Of a stretch of DNA of 64,000 bases, positions 47,771-57,353 are shown piece by piece. A program made the translations under genes and the position numbers. The notes under the pieces were generated by a model. That model was given only the letters and a program-made list of their open reading frames with translations, did not search any database and was not told where the DNA came from. The DNA is from an uncultured Candidatus Rokubacteria bacterium (GTDB lineage: Bacteria > Methylomirabilota > Methylomirabilia > Rokubacteriales > CSP1-6): assembly GCA_963771355.1 (NCBI GenBank), contig CAVYTA010000005.1, positions 384,001 to 448,000 on the forward strand. The letters are read 5' to 3'. How positions within the stretch are numbered: the stretch's first letter is position 1; every line of letters begins with the position of its first letter.

Positions 47771-48316
47771 TCAAGTCTGGCGGCGTTCGTAAGGAATCGG
47801 CCCAGCGTACTCGACCTGGAGCGGCGCCCACCGATCGGCCCACCGGCGCGCGAGCGTGCCCGCGAGCTGCTGCAGGTGCAGCCGGTCGTGGGCCACCCAG
47901 CTCGCCAGAAGGTCGAGTCCGGAAAGGCGTCGGCCACTGGGCGTCTCGGCGGTTCCGAGCAAGCGATCAGGTTGCACGGAGTCGAGCAACTCGAGGCTGA
48001 TCATGCGCCGCGCCTGAAAGGCCGCCAACGCCTGCGACGGATTCGCCTGCTGATACTGCCGAGCCACCGCCAGCCGCTCCGGGTCGATGGGCTCGAACCG
48101 CGCTCCTCCCTCGAGGATGACTCGCAGGCGGGCGCCAAAGTCCTCCGTCTCCTCGTCCCGCAGGTGGCAGACGATCTCGACCGGCGCCCACTCGCCGGGC
48201 GCCGGTCGAGCCCTCCAGGTCGCCTCATCCAGCTCGCCCACCAGCAGCTCGAGCAGCGTGGAGAAGCGCGCCAGCTCGCGGCGCGTCTCGTTGAGCAGGT
48301 CACGAGCATCAGTCAT
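47771..48316 (-). CDS. DinB_2 family protein
   Basis: GEWAPVEIVCHLRDEE...HDRLHLQQ; AAGGAG RBS. Confidence 0.85.
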   Translation of the reverse strand: MTDARDLLNETRRELARFSTLLELLVGELDEATWRARPAPGEWAPVEIVCHLRDEETEDFGARLRVILEGGARFEPIDPERLAVARQYQQANPSQALAAFQARRMISLELLDSVQPDRLLGTAETPSGRRLSGLDLLASWVAHDRLHLQQLAGTLARRWADRWAPLQVEYAGPIPYERRQT

Positions 48317-48345
48317 CGCCGGACTCCTTGCGCCCGCCGCTCCTA

Positions 48346-49481
48346 GTGTTCCGTATAGGAAGTCAGGTTAATATATGCCATGGCATTCTCCAAGGAGGGA
48401 ATCCATGGCCAATCACGTTCGTCCCATCGTCGTCAGCGCGGCCGATCGGCGTGAACTGGAGCGCCTGCAGCGGTCGCCCGCCGTGCGCGCCGGGCTCAAT
48501 CGGCGAGCGCGGGCGGTCCTGCTGATGGCCCAGGGCGTCGCGGGAGTGGAGATCGCCGCCCGGACCGGCTACACCGTGGTGCAAGTCGGCCGGCTGCGCC
48601 GTCGGTTCGCCGAGCACGGCGTGGCGGGCCTGGGTGACCGCCCCCGGTCGGGCCGGCCGCCGACCATCACCGCGCGGAAGCGGGCCCAGATCGTCGCGCT
48701 GACCCTGAAGCCGCCCGCCGCCGGCCTCACCCATTGGTCGACCCGGGATCTCGCCCGGCAGGCGGGTGTGTCCCACGGGACGGTGCACCGCCTCTGGCGC
48801 GCCCACGCCCTGAAGCCCCATCAAATCTCAACCTTCAAGTTCACCACCGACCCCGCGGCCGAGGACAAGATTTACGACGTCGTCGGCCTGTACCTGAATC
48901 CGCCGACGAATGCGGTGGTGGTGAGCCTCGACGAGAAAACCCAGATCCAGGCGCTGAGCCGCACCCAGCCGCTGCTGCCCTTGCGCCCGGGCCTGCCCGC
49001 TCGCCAGACGCACGACTATCAACGCAATGGCCTGACGAGCCTGTATGCGGCGCTGGAGATCGCCAGCGGCCGGGTGCTGGGCGAGTGCACGCCGCGGCAC
49101 ACGGCGGCCGACTTCTTGCGCTTCATGCAGCGCGTGGCCCGCCGGTACCGCGGCCGGGCGGTGCACGTGGTCCTGGACAACTCCTCGACGCACTCGACCC
49201 TGGCGGTGCAGCAGGGCTCGGCGCGATCGGAGATCCACTTTCACTTCACCCCGAAGGGCGCCTCGTGGCTCAACATGGTCGAGGCGTGGTTCGGGATCCT
49301 CACGCGCAAGTCGGTGCGACGGGGCTCGTTCGACACCGTGCGCGCCCTGATCCGTCACCTCCACGCCTACATCGCCGACTGGAATACGCATCCCACCCCG
49401 TTCGTGTGGACCAAAGACCCGGCGGCCATCGTCAAGAAGGCGCTCGGTCGTGGCCGTTAACATGACTTCACAGACGGAAAC
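48346..49481 (+). mobile_element. IS630-family insertion sequence with TA target duplication
   Basis: Imperfect terminal inverted repeats (left GTGTTCCGTATAGGAAGTCAGGTTAA; right, reverse-complemented, GTTTCCGTCTGTGAAGTCATGTTAA), flanked by TA at 48344-48345 and 49482-49483. Confidence 0.9.
48405..49460 (+). CDS. IS630 family transposase
   Basis: HTH region with RSGRP, DDE residues in SLDEK, LDNSSTH and WLNMVEAWF; AAGGAGG RBS. Confidence 0.93.
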   Translation: MANHVRPIVVSAADRRELERLQRSPAVRAGLNRRARAVLLMAQGVAGVEIAARTGYTVVQVGRLRRRFAEHGVAGLGDRPRSGRPPTITARKRAQIVALTLKPPAAGLTHWSTRDLARQAGVSHGTVHRLWRAHALKPHQISTFKFTTDPAAEDKIYDVVGLYLNPPTNAVVVSLDEKTQIQALSRTQPLLPLRPGLPARQTHDYQRNGLTSLYAALEIASGRVLGECTPRHTAADFLRFMQRVARRYRGRAVHVVLDNSSTHSTLAVQQGSARSEIHFHFTPKGASWLNMVEAWFGILTRKSVRRGSFDTVRALIRHLHAYIADWNTHPTPFVWTKDPAAIVKKALGRGR

Positions 49482-50077
49482 TAGACGCCGGTGCCGAAGC
49501 CTCCCGCGCCGCGGACGGTGGTAGCCTCGCCGAAATGCCCCGCAGGGTGGAAGAGGGCGAGACCGCTCAGCACCGCCATCCGCGGCCGACCCGTGAAGGC
49601 CTGCACCACCGGCGGCGCAAAGGCGCCCTCGCCGGCGGCGCGCTCCACGGCCGACTGCTGGATCTGACCTTCCCAGTCCTGGGGCTGGAAGCCGCCGACC
49701 AGCTCGCGCGTGCGCTTGCCCACCGCGTCGCGATACTCGCGAAGCGCGTCGAGGTTGATGGATTGGCTGAGATCGCTGACCTCGGCGCTCTTCATGCCGA
49801 TCCCGAAGTCCTTCCGATTCACGCCGAGGCGCTTCATCCAGGCGTCGTCGAACACCTGGTCGCGTCCCGCGAGCACCGGGTTGAGGAAGATGTCCTCCGC
49901 CCGCGCGATATGCCACACGAGCCAGGCGATGGAGTTGAGATCCTCCCGGGGACGGACGCGCATCTGGGCGTCGGTGAGGCCGTTGAGCACCCGCTCGGCG
50001 GCCGAAAGCTTGTTGCCCCCGACGGCGACGGTGTGCACGGCACTGTGCTGGGCCAGGAACAGGTCCCGCATATCCAT
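49481..50077 (-). CDS. DinB superfamily protein
   Basis: NSIAWLVWHIARAED...HPAGHFGE; GAGGAGG RBS. Confidence 0.85.
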   Translation of the reverse strand: MDMRDLFLAQHSAVHTVAVGGNKLSAAERVLNGLTDAQMRVRPREDLNSIAWLVWHIARAEDIFLNPVLAGRDQVFDDAWMKRLGVNRKDFGIGMKSAEVSDLSQSINLDALREYRDAVGKRTRELVGGFQPQDWEGQIQQSAVERAAGEGAFAPPVVQAFTGRPRMAVLSGLALFHPAGHFGEATTVRGAGGFGTGV

Positions 50078-50111
50078 GGTGATCCTCCTCGCGGGGTTAA
50101 CGTCCGAGCGC

Positions 50112-50140
50112 ACTATGCGGGCAGTCCCTCCGCGCGTCAA
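50112..50140 (-). promoter_or_regulatory. sigma70-type promoter of the dinB transcript
   Basis: TTGACG-17 nt-CATAGT on the minus strand. Confidence 0.6.
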
Positions 50141-50280
50141 GGGCGGGAGCCCCGCCGGGCGGTGAGAAGGGTCCAGATGCGAGGCGGCGCCCGACGGCCG
50201 CACGCGAAGGCGTACTTTCCGTACGCTGAGCGTGTGGCCGAGGGCGCCAACGACGCAGCTGGGTCCTAATCGCCGCCCGG

Positions 50281-51942
50281 CTAGGCCTTGTCCAGCCAGA
50301 CCCGGTGCATGTCGGTGAGGCCGGCCGGGATCATCTGGAAGCCTTTCACGTACTTGTGGAAGACCTTCAGCTCGTTCATGTGGAGGAGGATGACCACCGG
50401 CGCGTCCTCGACGATGAGCCGCACCGCTTCCTCGTAGTACTTCTTGCGCTTCTTGAAGTCGTTCTCGGACCGCGCGCCCTCGACCATCTTGTCGAAGTCC
50501 GCGTTGACCCACTTGCCGGCGTTCCACGCCTCCGTGGAATGCAGCTCCGGGTAGAGCGTCTCGTCGGGGTCGAGGTCCGCGTCCCACTGTATCTGTACCA
50601 GGTCCCACTGCTTCTCCTGCAGCCACCGTCGCCGGAACGTGGGCGAGTCGGCCAGCTCGATGTTGACCTTGATGCCGATCTTGGCGAGCTGCGCCTGGAC
50701 CATCTCGGCCTGGCGCGGGTCAATGCCGGAATTGTTGGAGAGCAGCAGCACCTCCGCGCCGTTGGCGTACTTGGACTGCTTCACGAGCTGCTTGGCCTGC
50801 TCGAGGTCGAAGTACTGGCCGTTCTTCCCCGTCTCGAACGCGGGATCGTAGAAGCCGCCCATCGGAGGCGAGATCGGACCATGAGCAATGATGCCCTCGC
50901 CGAACTGGACCTTGGTCAGGAGCTCCTGGCGGTCCAGCGCGAACGTCACCGCCTTGCGGAGGTTCTTGTCCGAGAAGGGCTCCTTGGCCAGGTTCATGTG
51001 CATGCAGCGCCAGTTACCGCCCACCGCCGTGGACACGGTGAGCTTGGGATCCTTGCGGAGATCGGCCACGAACTGGGGCGCCACGTTGTTGATCCCGTCC
51101 ACCTCGCCGGTCTTGAGCGCGGCCACGAGAGTCGAGGGCTCGATGATGAACTTGAAGATCACCTTGTCGAGGTAGGGGAGCTTGCCGCCGGCGGCATCCG
51201 TCTCCCAGTAGTTCGGGAAGCGCTCGAGGGAAATGTAGTCCCCCTCCTTCCACTCCACGAACTTGAAGGGTCCGGTTCCCACCGGGCTGCGGCCGTAGGC
51301 CTTGCCTTTCTCCTTGACCGCGCGCGGCGAGAGGATGGTGGCGGCCCGGCCGGTGGAGCCGGTGAAGGCGACGCGGAGGAAGGGGTACGGCTTGGCGAAG
51401 GAGAGCTTGATGGTCTGCGGGTCGGGCGTCTCGATGGACTCGAGCAGGGCGAGCTTCCAGGCGTGGATCGGCGCCTGCTGCTTGTCTTTGACCCGCTCGA
51501 GGTTCCACTTGATGTCGGCGGACGTGCAGGGGTCGCCGTTGTGGAAGGTCACACCCTTGTTGAGGCGGAAGACGTGAACACGATCGCCCTGGACCTCCCA
51601 CTCGCGCGCAAGCTCCGGCTTGAAGTCCACGCTCTTGCCGTCGGTGGACGTGATCTTCAGGAGCCCGTTGTAGATGTTGTTGTGGATGGCGCACGCGGTG
51701 ATGAAGGTCGTGTTGTGGGCGTCGAGCGTGTCGATGTTCTGGAAGCTGCCGATCCGCATCGTGCCGCCCCGCTTGACCGCCTGCGCTTCCGCGGGCCCGG
51801 GCAACCCGGCCGAGAGCCCGGCGAGCCCCGCCGTGCCCACGCCCAGCGCCTGGAGCATCGCGCGGCGGGTGAGAGGGTCGTGGACCCAGGCGCCCTCGCG
51901 TAGCTCGCGGTTGACTTCCTCGAATCCATCGCGACTCTTCAT
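50281..51942 (-). CDS. peptide/nickel-type ABC substrate-binding protein (SBP family 5) with Tat signal
   Basis: [11 protein letters not shown]at motif, GVTFHNG, PVGTGPF. Confidence 0.9.
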   Translation of the reverse strand: MKSRDGFEEVNRELREGAWVHDPLTRRAMLQALGVGTAGLAGLSAGLPGPAEAQAVKRGGTMRIGSFQNIDTLDAHNTTFITACAIHNNIYNGLLKITSTDGKSVDFKPELAREWEVQGDRVHVFRLNKGVTFHNGDPCTSADIKWNLERVKDKQQAPIHAWKLALLESIETPDPQTIKLSFAKPYPFLRVAFTGSTGRAATILSPRAVKEKGKAYGRSPVGTGPFKFVEWKEGDYISLERFPNYWETDAAGGKLPYLDKVIFKFIIEPSTLVAALKTGEVDGINNVAPQFVADLRKDPKLTVSTAVGGNWRCMHMNLAKEPFSDKNLRKAVTFALDRQELLTKVQFGEGIIAHGPISPPMGGFYDPAFETGKNGQYFDLEQAKQLVKQSKYANGAEVLLLSNNSGIDPRQAEMVQAQLAKIGIKVNIELADSPTFRRRWLQEKQWDLVQIQWDADLDPDETLYPELHSTEAWNAGKWVNADFDKMVEGARSENDFKKRKKYYEEAVRLIVEDAPVVILLHMNELKVFHKYVKGFQMIPAGLTDMHRVWLDKA

Positions 51943-52955
51943 GTCGTTCCTCCTTCGGGGTAGAGGTGGCACGCCACGGCGTGGCCCGGCGCCGGCTCGC
52001 GGAGGGCCGGCTCGACCTCGTCGCAGTGTGCCATCCGGTGGGGACAGCGGCTCGCGAAGCGGCAGCCTCGCGGCAGGTCGATCGGGTTGGGGAGCTCGCC
52101 CTCGAGCAGCCGGGCGGGGTTGTCGAAGATCGACGTCTGGCCGTCACCCACCGCGGGAATGGCGGCCAGGAGCGCCTGGGTGTAGGGATGCAGCGGCTGC
52201 TTGAAGAGGGCGTCGGCGGGCGCCACCTCCACGAGCTTGCCCAGATACATCACGGCGACCCGATGGCTCACGAAGCGGATCACGCCGAGGTCGTGCGAGA
52301 CGAAGAGGTAGGCCAGCCCCAGGCGCTCGCGGAGATCCACCAGGAGGTTGAGGATCTGGGCGCGCACGGAGACGTCCAGCGCCGAGACCGCCTCGTCGGC
52401 GACCACTAGCCGCGGGCCGGCGGCGAGCGCGCGCGCGATGCCGACCCGCTGGCGCTGGCCGCCGGACAGCTCGTGCGGATAGCGCCGCGCGTACTCGGGC
52501 GAGAGCCCCACCATGTCGAGGAGAGCGCGGACGCGCACCTCGACCTCGTTTCCCTCGGCGATGCGGTGCACGCGGATGGGCTCGCCCACCATGGCGCCCA
52601 CCGTCATCCGCGGGTTGAGCGAGGAGTAAGGGTCCTGGAAGACGATCTGGGTCTTGCGGCGGAAGGGCAGGAGCCGGCTCGCGGGCAGGGCGGTGATGTC
52701 CTCGCCCTCGAAGACGATACGTCCGCGCGTGGGCTCGATGGCACGCAGCACGAGGCGGCCGGTGGTGGTCTTGCCGCAGCCCGACTCGCCGACCAGACCG
52801 AGGGTCTCGCCTGCCGCGACGTCGAAACTCACGCCGTCCACCGCATGGACGACGCGCGGGGGGACGCCGCGCCGCAGGACGGCGAGCGGGTTGGTGCGCA
52901 CGGGGAAATACTTGACGAGATCCTGGACCTCGAGGAGGGGGCGCGCTGCGCTCAC
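51939..52955 (-). CDS. oligopeptide ABC ATP-binding protein (OppF/DppF-like)
   Basis: [29 protein letters not shown]. Confidence 0.92.
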   Translation of the reverse strand: MSAARPLLEVQDLVKYFPVRTNPLAVLRRGVPPRVVHAVDGVSFDVAAGETLGLVGESGCGKTTTGRLVLRAIEPTRGRIVFEGEDITALPASRLLPFRRKTQIVFQDPYSSLNPRMTVGAMVGEPIRVHRIAEGNEVEVRVRALLDMVGLSPEYARRYPHELSGGQRQRVGIARALAAGPRLVVADEAVSALDVSVRAQILNLLVDLRERLGLAYLFVSHDLGVIRFVSHRVAVMYLGKLVEVAPADALFKQPLHPYTQALLAAIPAVGDGQTSIFDNPARLLEGELPNPIDLPRGCRFASRCPHRMAHCDEVEPALREPAPGHAVACHLYPEGGTT

Positions 52956-53932
52956 GAGGCCCTCGCGACGTGGCAGGCCACGTCATGCTCGGCGCGAAGC
53001 GGGCCCAGGATCGGGGTCTCGATGGCGCAGCGCGGCTCGGCCACGGGACACCGCGGGTGGAAGCGGCAGCCCGGCGGCAGCGCCCGGAGCCCCGGCATGG
53101 TGCCGCCGATGGCGCCCAGCCGCCCATTGCCGTCCAAGCGCGGCAGGCACTCGATGAGCCCGCGGGTGTACGGGTGAGCGGGGGCCCGGAAGATTGCCGC
53201 CACGGAGGCCTGCTCGACCACGCGACCCGCGTACATCACCAGCACGCGATGACACATCTGGGAAATGATGCCGAGGTCGTGCGAGACCAGGAGCACGGCG
53301 ACTCCCAGCTCGCGGGCGAGCTGGCGGATGAGCGCGAGGACCTGGGCCTGGATGGTCACGTCGAGCGCGGTGGTGGGCTCGTCCGCGATGAGCAGGCTCG
53401 GCACGCAGGAGATGCCCATGCCGATCATCACCCGCTGCGCCATCCCCCCGCTGAACTGGTGGGGATAGTCGCGCGTCCGCGTCCGCGGCGAGGAGATCCC
53501 CACGCGGCCGAGGATCTCGACCACGCGCTCTCGCAGGACCGGCCGCGGCTCCGGCAGGTGCAGCGCCATCGCCTCGAGCATCTGGACGCCCACGCGGAAC
53601 ACCGGGTTCAGCGAGGCGCCCGGGTTCTGGAAGATCATGGCGATGTCCTTGCCGCGGATGTCGGCCAGCCTGTGCTCGTCGAGAGCGAGGAGGTTCTGTC
53701 CGTGGAACCACACCTCGCCGGTGACGCGGCCGGGAGGACAGCGGATCAAGCGCAGGATGGCCTCGGAGGTCAGCGACTTGCCCGCCCCCGACTCGCCGAC
53801 CAGCCCGACGATCTCCCCGCGCCCGATCTGGAAGCTCACGTCGTCCACGGCGCGCAGGGGCCCGTCCTCCGAGCTGAACTCGACGGTCAGCCCCCGCACG
53901 TCCAAAACCGGCTCGGCGCCTGTGGGGGTCAC
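52952..53932 (-). CDS. oligopeptide ABC ATP-binding protein (OppD/DppD-like)
   Basis: [25 protein letters not shown]. Confidence 0.92.
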   Translation of the reverse strand: MTPTGAEPVLDVRGLTVEFSSEDGPLRAVDDVSFQIGRGEIVGLVGESGAGKSLTSEAILRLIRCPPGRVTGEVWFHGQNLLALDEHRLADIRGKDIAMIFQNPGASLNPVFRVGVQMLEAMALHLPEPRPVLRERVVEILGRVGISSPRTRTRDYPHQFSGGMAQRVMIGMGISCVPSLLIADEPTTALDVTIQAQVLALIRQLARELGVAVLLVSHDLGIISQMCHRVLVMYAGRVVEQASVAAIFRAPAHPYTRGLIECLPRLDGNGRLGAIGGTMPGLRALPPGCRFHPRCPVAEPRCAIETPILGPLRAEHDVACHVARAS

Positions 53933-53933
53933 G

Positions 53934-54869
53934 CTAGCGCCGCATGCGCGGGTCGAGGGTATCCCGCAGCCCGTCGCCCAGCAGATTGAGCGCCACGATG
54001 GCCAGCATGAGGGCGATGCCCGGGATGGTTGCCACATGCGGCGCCATCACGATGAAGGTCTGGCCCTCCGCGATCATGCGGCCCCAGGCCGGGGTAGGTG
54101 GGGGCGGGCCCAGGCCCAGGAAGGACAGCCCCGACTCGGTGATGATGGCGCCCGAGACGCGCAGCGCCCCCTGAACGATGATGGGCGCCAGCACATTGGG
54201 CAGAACATGCCGGAAGATGATGGTGAGGCTCCGCACCCCGGTGAGGCGGGCCGCCTCGATGTACGGCTCCTCCTTGACGGCGAGCACGTCGCCGCGCGTC
54301 ACCCGCGCGAAGGGCGCGATGAAGCCCACCGCCACTGCGATGATCACGTTCCTCACGCCGAAGCCCATCACCGCCATCATGGCGATGGCCAGGATGATGA
54401 TGGGGAAGGCGAAGAGCCCGTCCATCACCCGCATGATCACCACGTCCACGAGCCCGCCGTAGTAGCCCGAGATGAGCCCGAGCGTCACCCCGATGACCAT
54501 GGCGAGGAACACCGAGACGATGCCCACGATGAGCGCCACCCTGGCGCCGTAGATGATGCGGCTCATGATGTCGCGGCCGAAGCTGTCCGTGCCCGCCCAG
54601 TGGGCCATACTCGGGGGGTCCAGCGGCTTGCCCACGCCCTGCGCGAGCGGGTCGTACGGCGCGAGCACGGGGGCGAACACGGCCATCGCGATGATGGCCA
54701 GGAAGACCGCGAGCCCGAACACCGCGCCGGGGTTGCGGGCGAAGCGCCGCCACATGCGCCCGAGGACCACGCGCGTGCCGAGCGCCGCCTCCGGAGGGGC
54801 GCCGGGCGCGGGGACAATCAGGCCTTCGGGATCGAGGGGGAGACCGTCGGCGCCTAGAGGGCGAGCCAC
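53934..54869 (-). CDS. oligopeptide ABC permease (OppC/DppC-like)
   Basis: GTDSFGRD, YIEAARLTG, LSFLGLG. Confidence 0.92.
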   Translation of the reverse strand: MARPLGADGLPLDPEGLIVPAPGAPPEAALGTRVVLGRMWRRFARNPGAVFGLAVFLAIIAMAVFAPVLAPYDPLAQGVGKPLDPPSMAHWAGTDSFGRDIMSRIIYGARVALIVGIVSVFLAMVIGVTLGLISGYYGGLVDVVIMRVMDGLFAFPIIILAIAMMAVMGFGVRNVIIAVAVGFIAPFARVTRGDVLAVKEEPYIEAARLTGVRSLTIIFRHVLPNVLAPIIVQGALRVSGAIITESGLSFLGLGPPPPTPAWGRMIAEGQTFIVMAPHVATIPGIALMLAIVALNLLGDGLRDTLDPRMRR

Positions 54870-54873
54870 GCCG

Positions 54874-55818
54874 CTATGCCACCCGGATCCTCGGGTTGAG
54901 GAAGGCGTAGGTGAGATCCACCAGCAGGTTCACCACCACCACCGCGACGACGCCCACCAGGATGGCGCCCTGCACCACCGCGTAGTCCCGATTCAAGATG
55001 GCGGCGACGGACAGCCGTCCCATCCCCGGGATGGCGAACACCGTCTCCGTCAGCACGGCGCCGCCGAGCAGCGTCCCGAACTGGAGCCCGATCACCGTCA
55101 CCACCGGGATGAGGGCGTTGGCCATGGCGTGCTTGTACACGAGGGCAGCCTGGCGCACGCCGCGGGCCCGCGCGGCCTTGACGTAGTCCTGGTCGAGGAC
55201 CTCGAGCAGGCTCGAGCGGATGATGCGCGCCACCAGGCCGGAGAAAAAAGTCCCCAGGGTGAGCGCGGGAAGGACCAGGCGCCAGAGGCCCTGCTTGGGA
55301 TCCTCCCACGGGGCCACGTACCCCATGGCGGGGAACCACCCGAGGTAGACGCTGAAGATCCAGATGAGGATGATGCCCTTCCAGAAGGCCGGCATGGAGT
55401 AGACGAAGATGGCGAACCCCATGGAGCCGTAGTCCCACGCGGAGTCCTTCCGCATGGCGGCGATGATGCCCGAGGGCACCGCGATCAGGATACCCACGAT
55501 CACGCTGGCCACCACGAGGGTCAGGGTCGGGACGAAGGCCTCCAGCACGAGGCGGCTCACCCGCTCGTGGTTCAGGTAGGAATCACCGAGGTCACCCACC
55601 AGCACGCGGCCGACCCAGATGACGTACTGGGTAACGATGGACCGGTCGAACCCGAGCCGCGAGCGCAGCCGCTCGTAGGCGTCCTGGGTGAAGTCGTCCC
55701 CCAGCATCATGAGGACGGGGTCGCCCGGGATCATCCGCATGAGGGCAAAGATGATCACCGACACCGTGAAGAGCACGGCGAGCGTCTGCCCAAGACGAGA
55801 GAGGACGAATCGGACCAT
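54874..55818 (-). CDS. oligopeptide ABC permease (OppB/DppB-like)
   Basis: IPGDP, GDLGDS, YVKAARARG, ETVFAIPGMG. Confidence 0.92.
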   Translation of the reverse strand: MVRFVLSRLGQTLAVLFTVSVIIFALMRMIPGDPVLMMLGDDFTQDAYERLRSRLGFDRSIVTQYVIWVGRVLVGDLGDSYLNHERVSRLVLEAFVPTLTLVVASVIVGILIAVPSGIIAAMRKDSAWDYGSMGFAIFVYSMPAFWKGIILIWIFSVYLGWFPAMGYVAPWEDPKQGLWRLVLPALTLGTFFSGLVARIIRSSLLEVLDQDYVKAARARGVRQAALVYKHAMANALIPVVTVIGLQFGTLLGGAVLTETVFAIPGMGRLSVAAILNRDYAVVQGAILVGVVAVVVVNLLVDLTYAFLNPRIRVA

Positions 55819-55951
55819 ATGCCTCCACCGGCCGATCCCATCGAACCCGAGCGGCGGGAACCGGGGTCGCCTGCGACGCCGGCCCTTGAGTGGACGCGAG
55901 TATACCCGGGGGCAGGCTCCGAGGGAAGGTAGCGTTCTGCGGTCGTGTCGG

Positions 55952-57172
55952 TCAGGCGCTCGCCGGCCGCTCCGGCAGGCGGGCGAGCCGCGGTACCGGC
56001 GACCAGGTGATCACCAGCGCCTGCACCACGAAGCCCAGCGCGGCGAGGAGGATGGCGGCCTCGGGCCCGGACGCGGCGCCCACCGTGCCGCCGATGACCG
56101 CGCCGATTGGCCGCGCGCCGGCGGAGGCGGTCATGAAGAGCGCCGAGACCCGGCCGAGCAGCGCGTCCGGCGTCACCGTCTGGCGCAGCGTCGTCTGGCT
56201 GATGGTCCAGAGGATGGGCCCGGCGCCGAAGAGGAAGAAGGACGCGCCCAGTAGGAGCGGCGAGGGCACCCAGAGCGTGGTCACCATCACCGCCGCGGCC
56301 GCCACCGACACCAGGGGCCCCATCGCGATGGTGATGCCGATGGAGAAGGCCTGCATGAGTCGGGCGGCCAGCAGCGCGCCCACCAGCATCCCGATGCCGT
56401 AGGCGGCCAGCGTGGTGCCGATCGTGGAGGCAGTCATGCCGAGCACGTGCACGGCATACGGCACGTAGGCCGCCTGAAGGACGAACCATGAAAGGTTCCA
56501 GAAGACCGCCGTGAGGAGAATGGGCCGCAGGAACCGATGTGTCCAGGCAAAGCCCGCGCCCTCCTGGAGCTCGCGCGCGAAGTGTCGCGACGGCCGCGCG
56601 GCCCGTGCCGGCTCGGGCACGCCGACGAGCAGCACCACCGCCACGCCCGAGAGCACCGCGGCCAGCGTGAATGCCGGCGAGGCGCCCGCCCAGCCCACCA
56701 GCGCGCCCGCCAGGGCGGGCCCCGCCGCATACGCGACGCTGCGCGCCAGCTCGAGCCGGCCATTGGCGGCGGCCAGCGAGGCGCGCGGCACCAGGGCGGG
56801 CACGAGCGCGGGCGCCGCCACGCTGTAGACCACGGTGCCTGTCGCGGCGACGAAGCCGACGAGGGCCAGCAGCGGCACCGAGAGCCAGCCGAACGCCGCC
56901 AGCACCGGCAGGGCCAGGAGGGCCCCCGCGCGCGCGAGCTCGGCCGACACCATGAGGCCGCGGCGGGGGAGGCGATCCACGAGCACGCCGGCGGGAAAGG
57001 AGAGGAGCAGGAACGGCAGCGTCTGCGCCGCGGTCAGGAAGCCTGTCTCCCCCACGCCGGCGCCCAGCGCCAGCACCGCGACCATGGGCGCTGCGGCGAG
57101 GCTGAGCTGCTCGGCGGACTGGGCGACGAGATTGGACCAGGCCAGGCGCTGGAACGGCGCGGCGAGCGACAT
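55952..57172 (-). CDS. MFS transporter
   Basis: GVLVDRLPRR motif A, about 12 hydrophobic segments. Confidence 0.88.
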   Translation of the reverse strand: MSLAAPFQRLAWSNLVAQSAEQLSLAAAPMVAVLALGAGVGETGFLTAAQTLPFLLLSFPAGVLVDRLPRRGLMVSAELARAGALLALPVLAAFGWLSVPLLALVGFVAATGTVVYSVAAPALVPALVPRASLAAANGRLELARSVAYAAGPALAGALVGWAGASPAFTLAAVLSGVAVVLLVGVPEPARAARPSRHFARELQEGAGFAWTHRFLRPILLTAVFWNLSWFVLQAAYVPYAVHVLGMTASTIGTTLAAYGIGMLVGALLAARLMQAFSIGITIAMGPLVSVAAAAVMVTTLWVPSPLLLGASFFLFGAGPILWTISQTTLRQTVTPDALLGRVSALFMTASAGARPIGAVIGGTVGAASGPEAAILLAALGFVVQALVITWSPVPRLARLPERPASA

Positions 57173-57353
57173 CGGCGGCGAGCCTCCTCGGTGCGATCTG
57201 GGTGCGTCTGCCTGGGTATACGGGCGAGGAGGGGAGAAGGGGTGGAAGCGGAGGGTTTCCGCTCGCGTCAGGCACGGCGGAGCATCGCCCGCCGGTTGCT
57301 CGCGGCTACGCCTTGGTGCTACGCTCCGGCGCAAGCATGGGGCTCCGGCGCCG

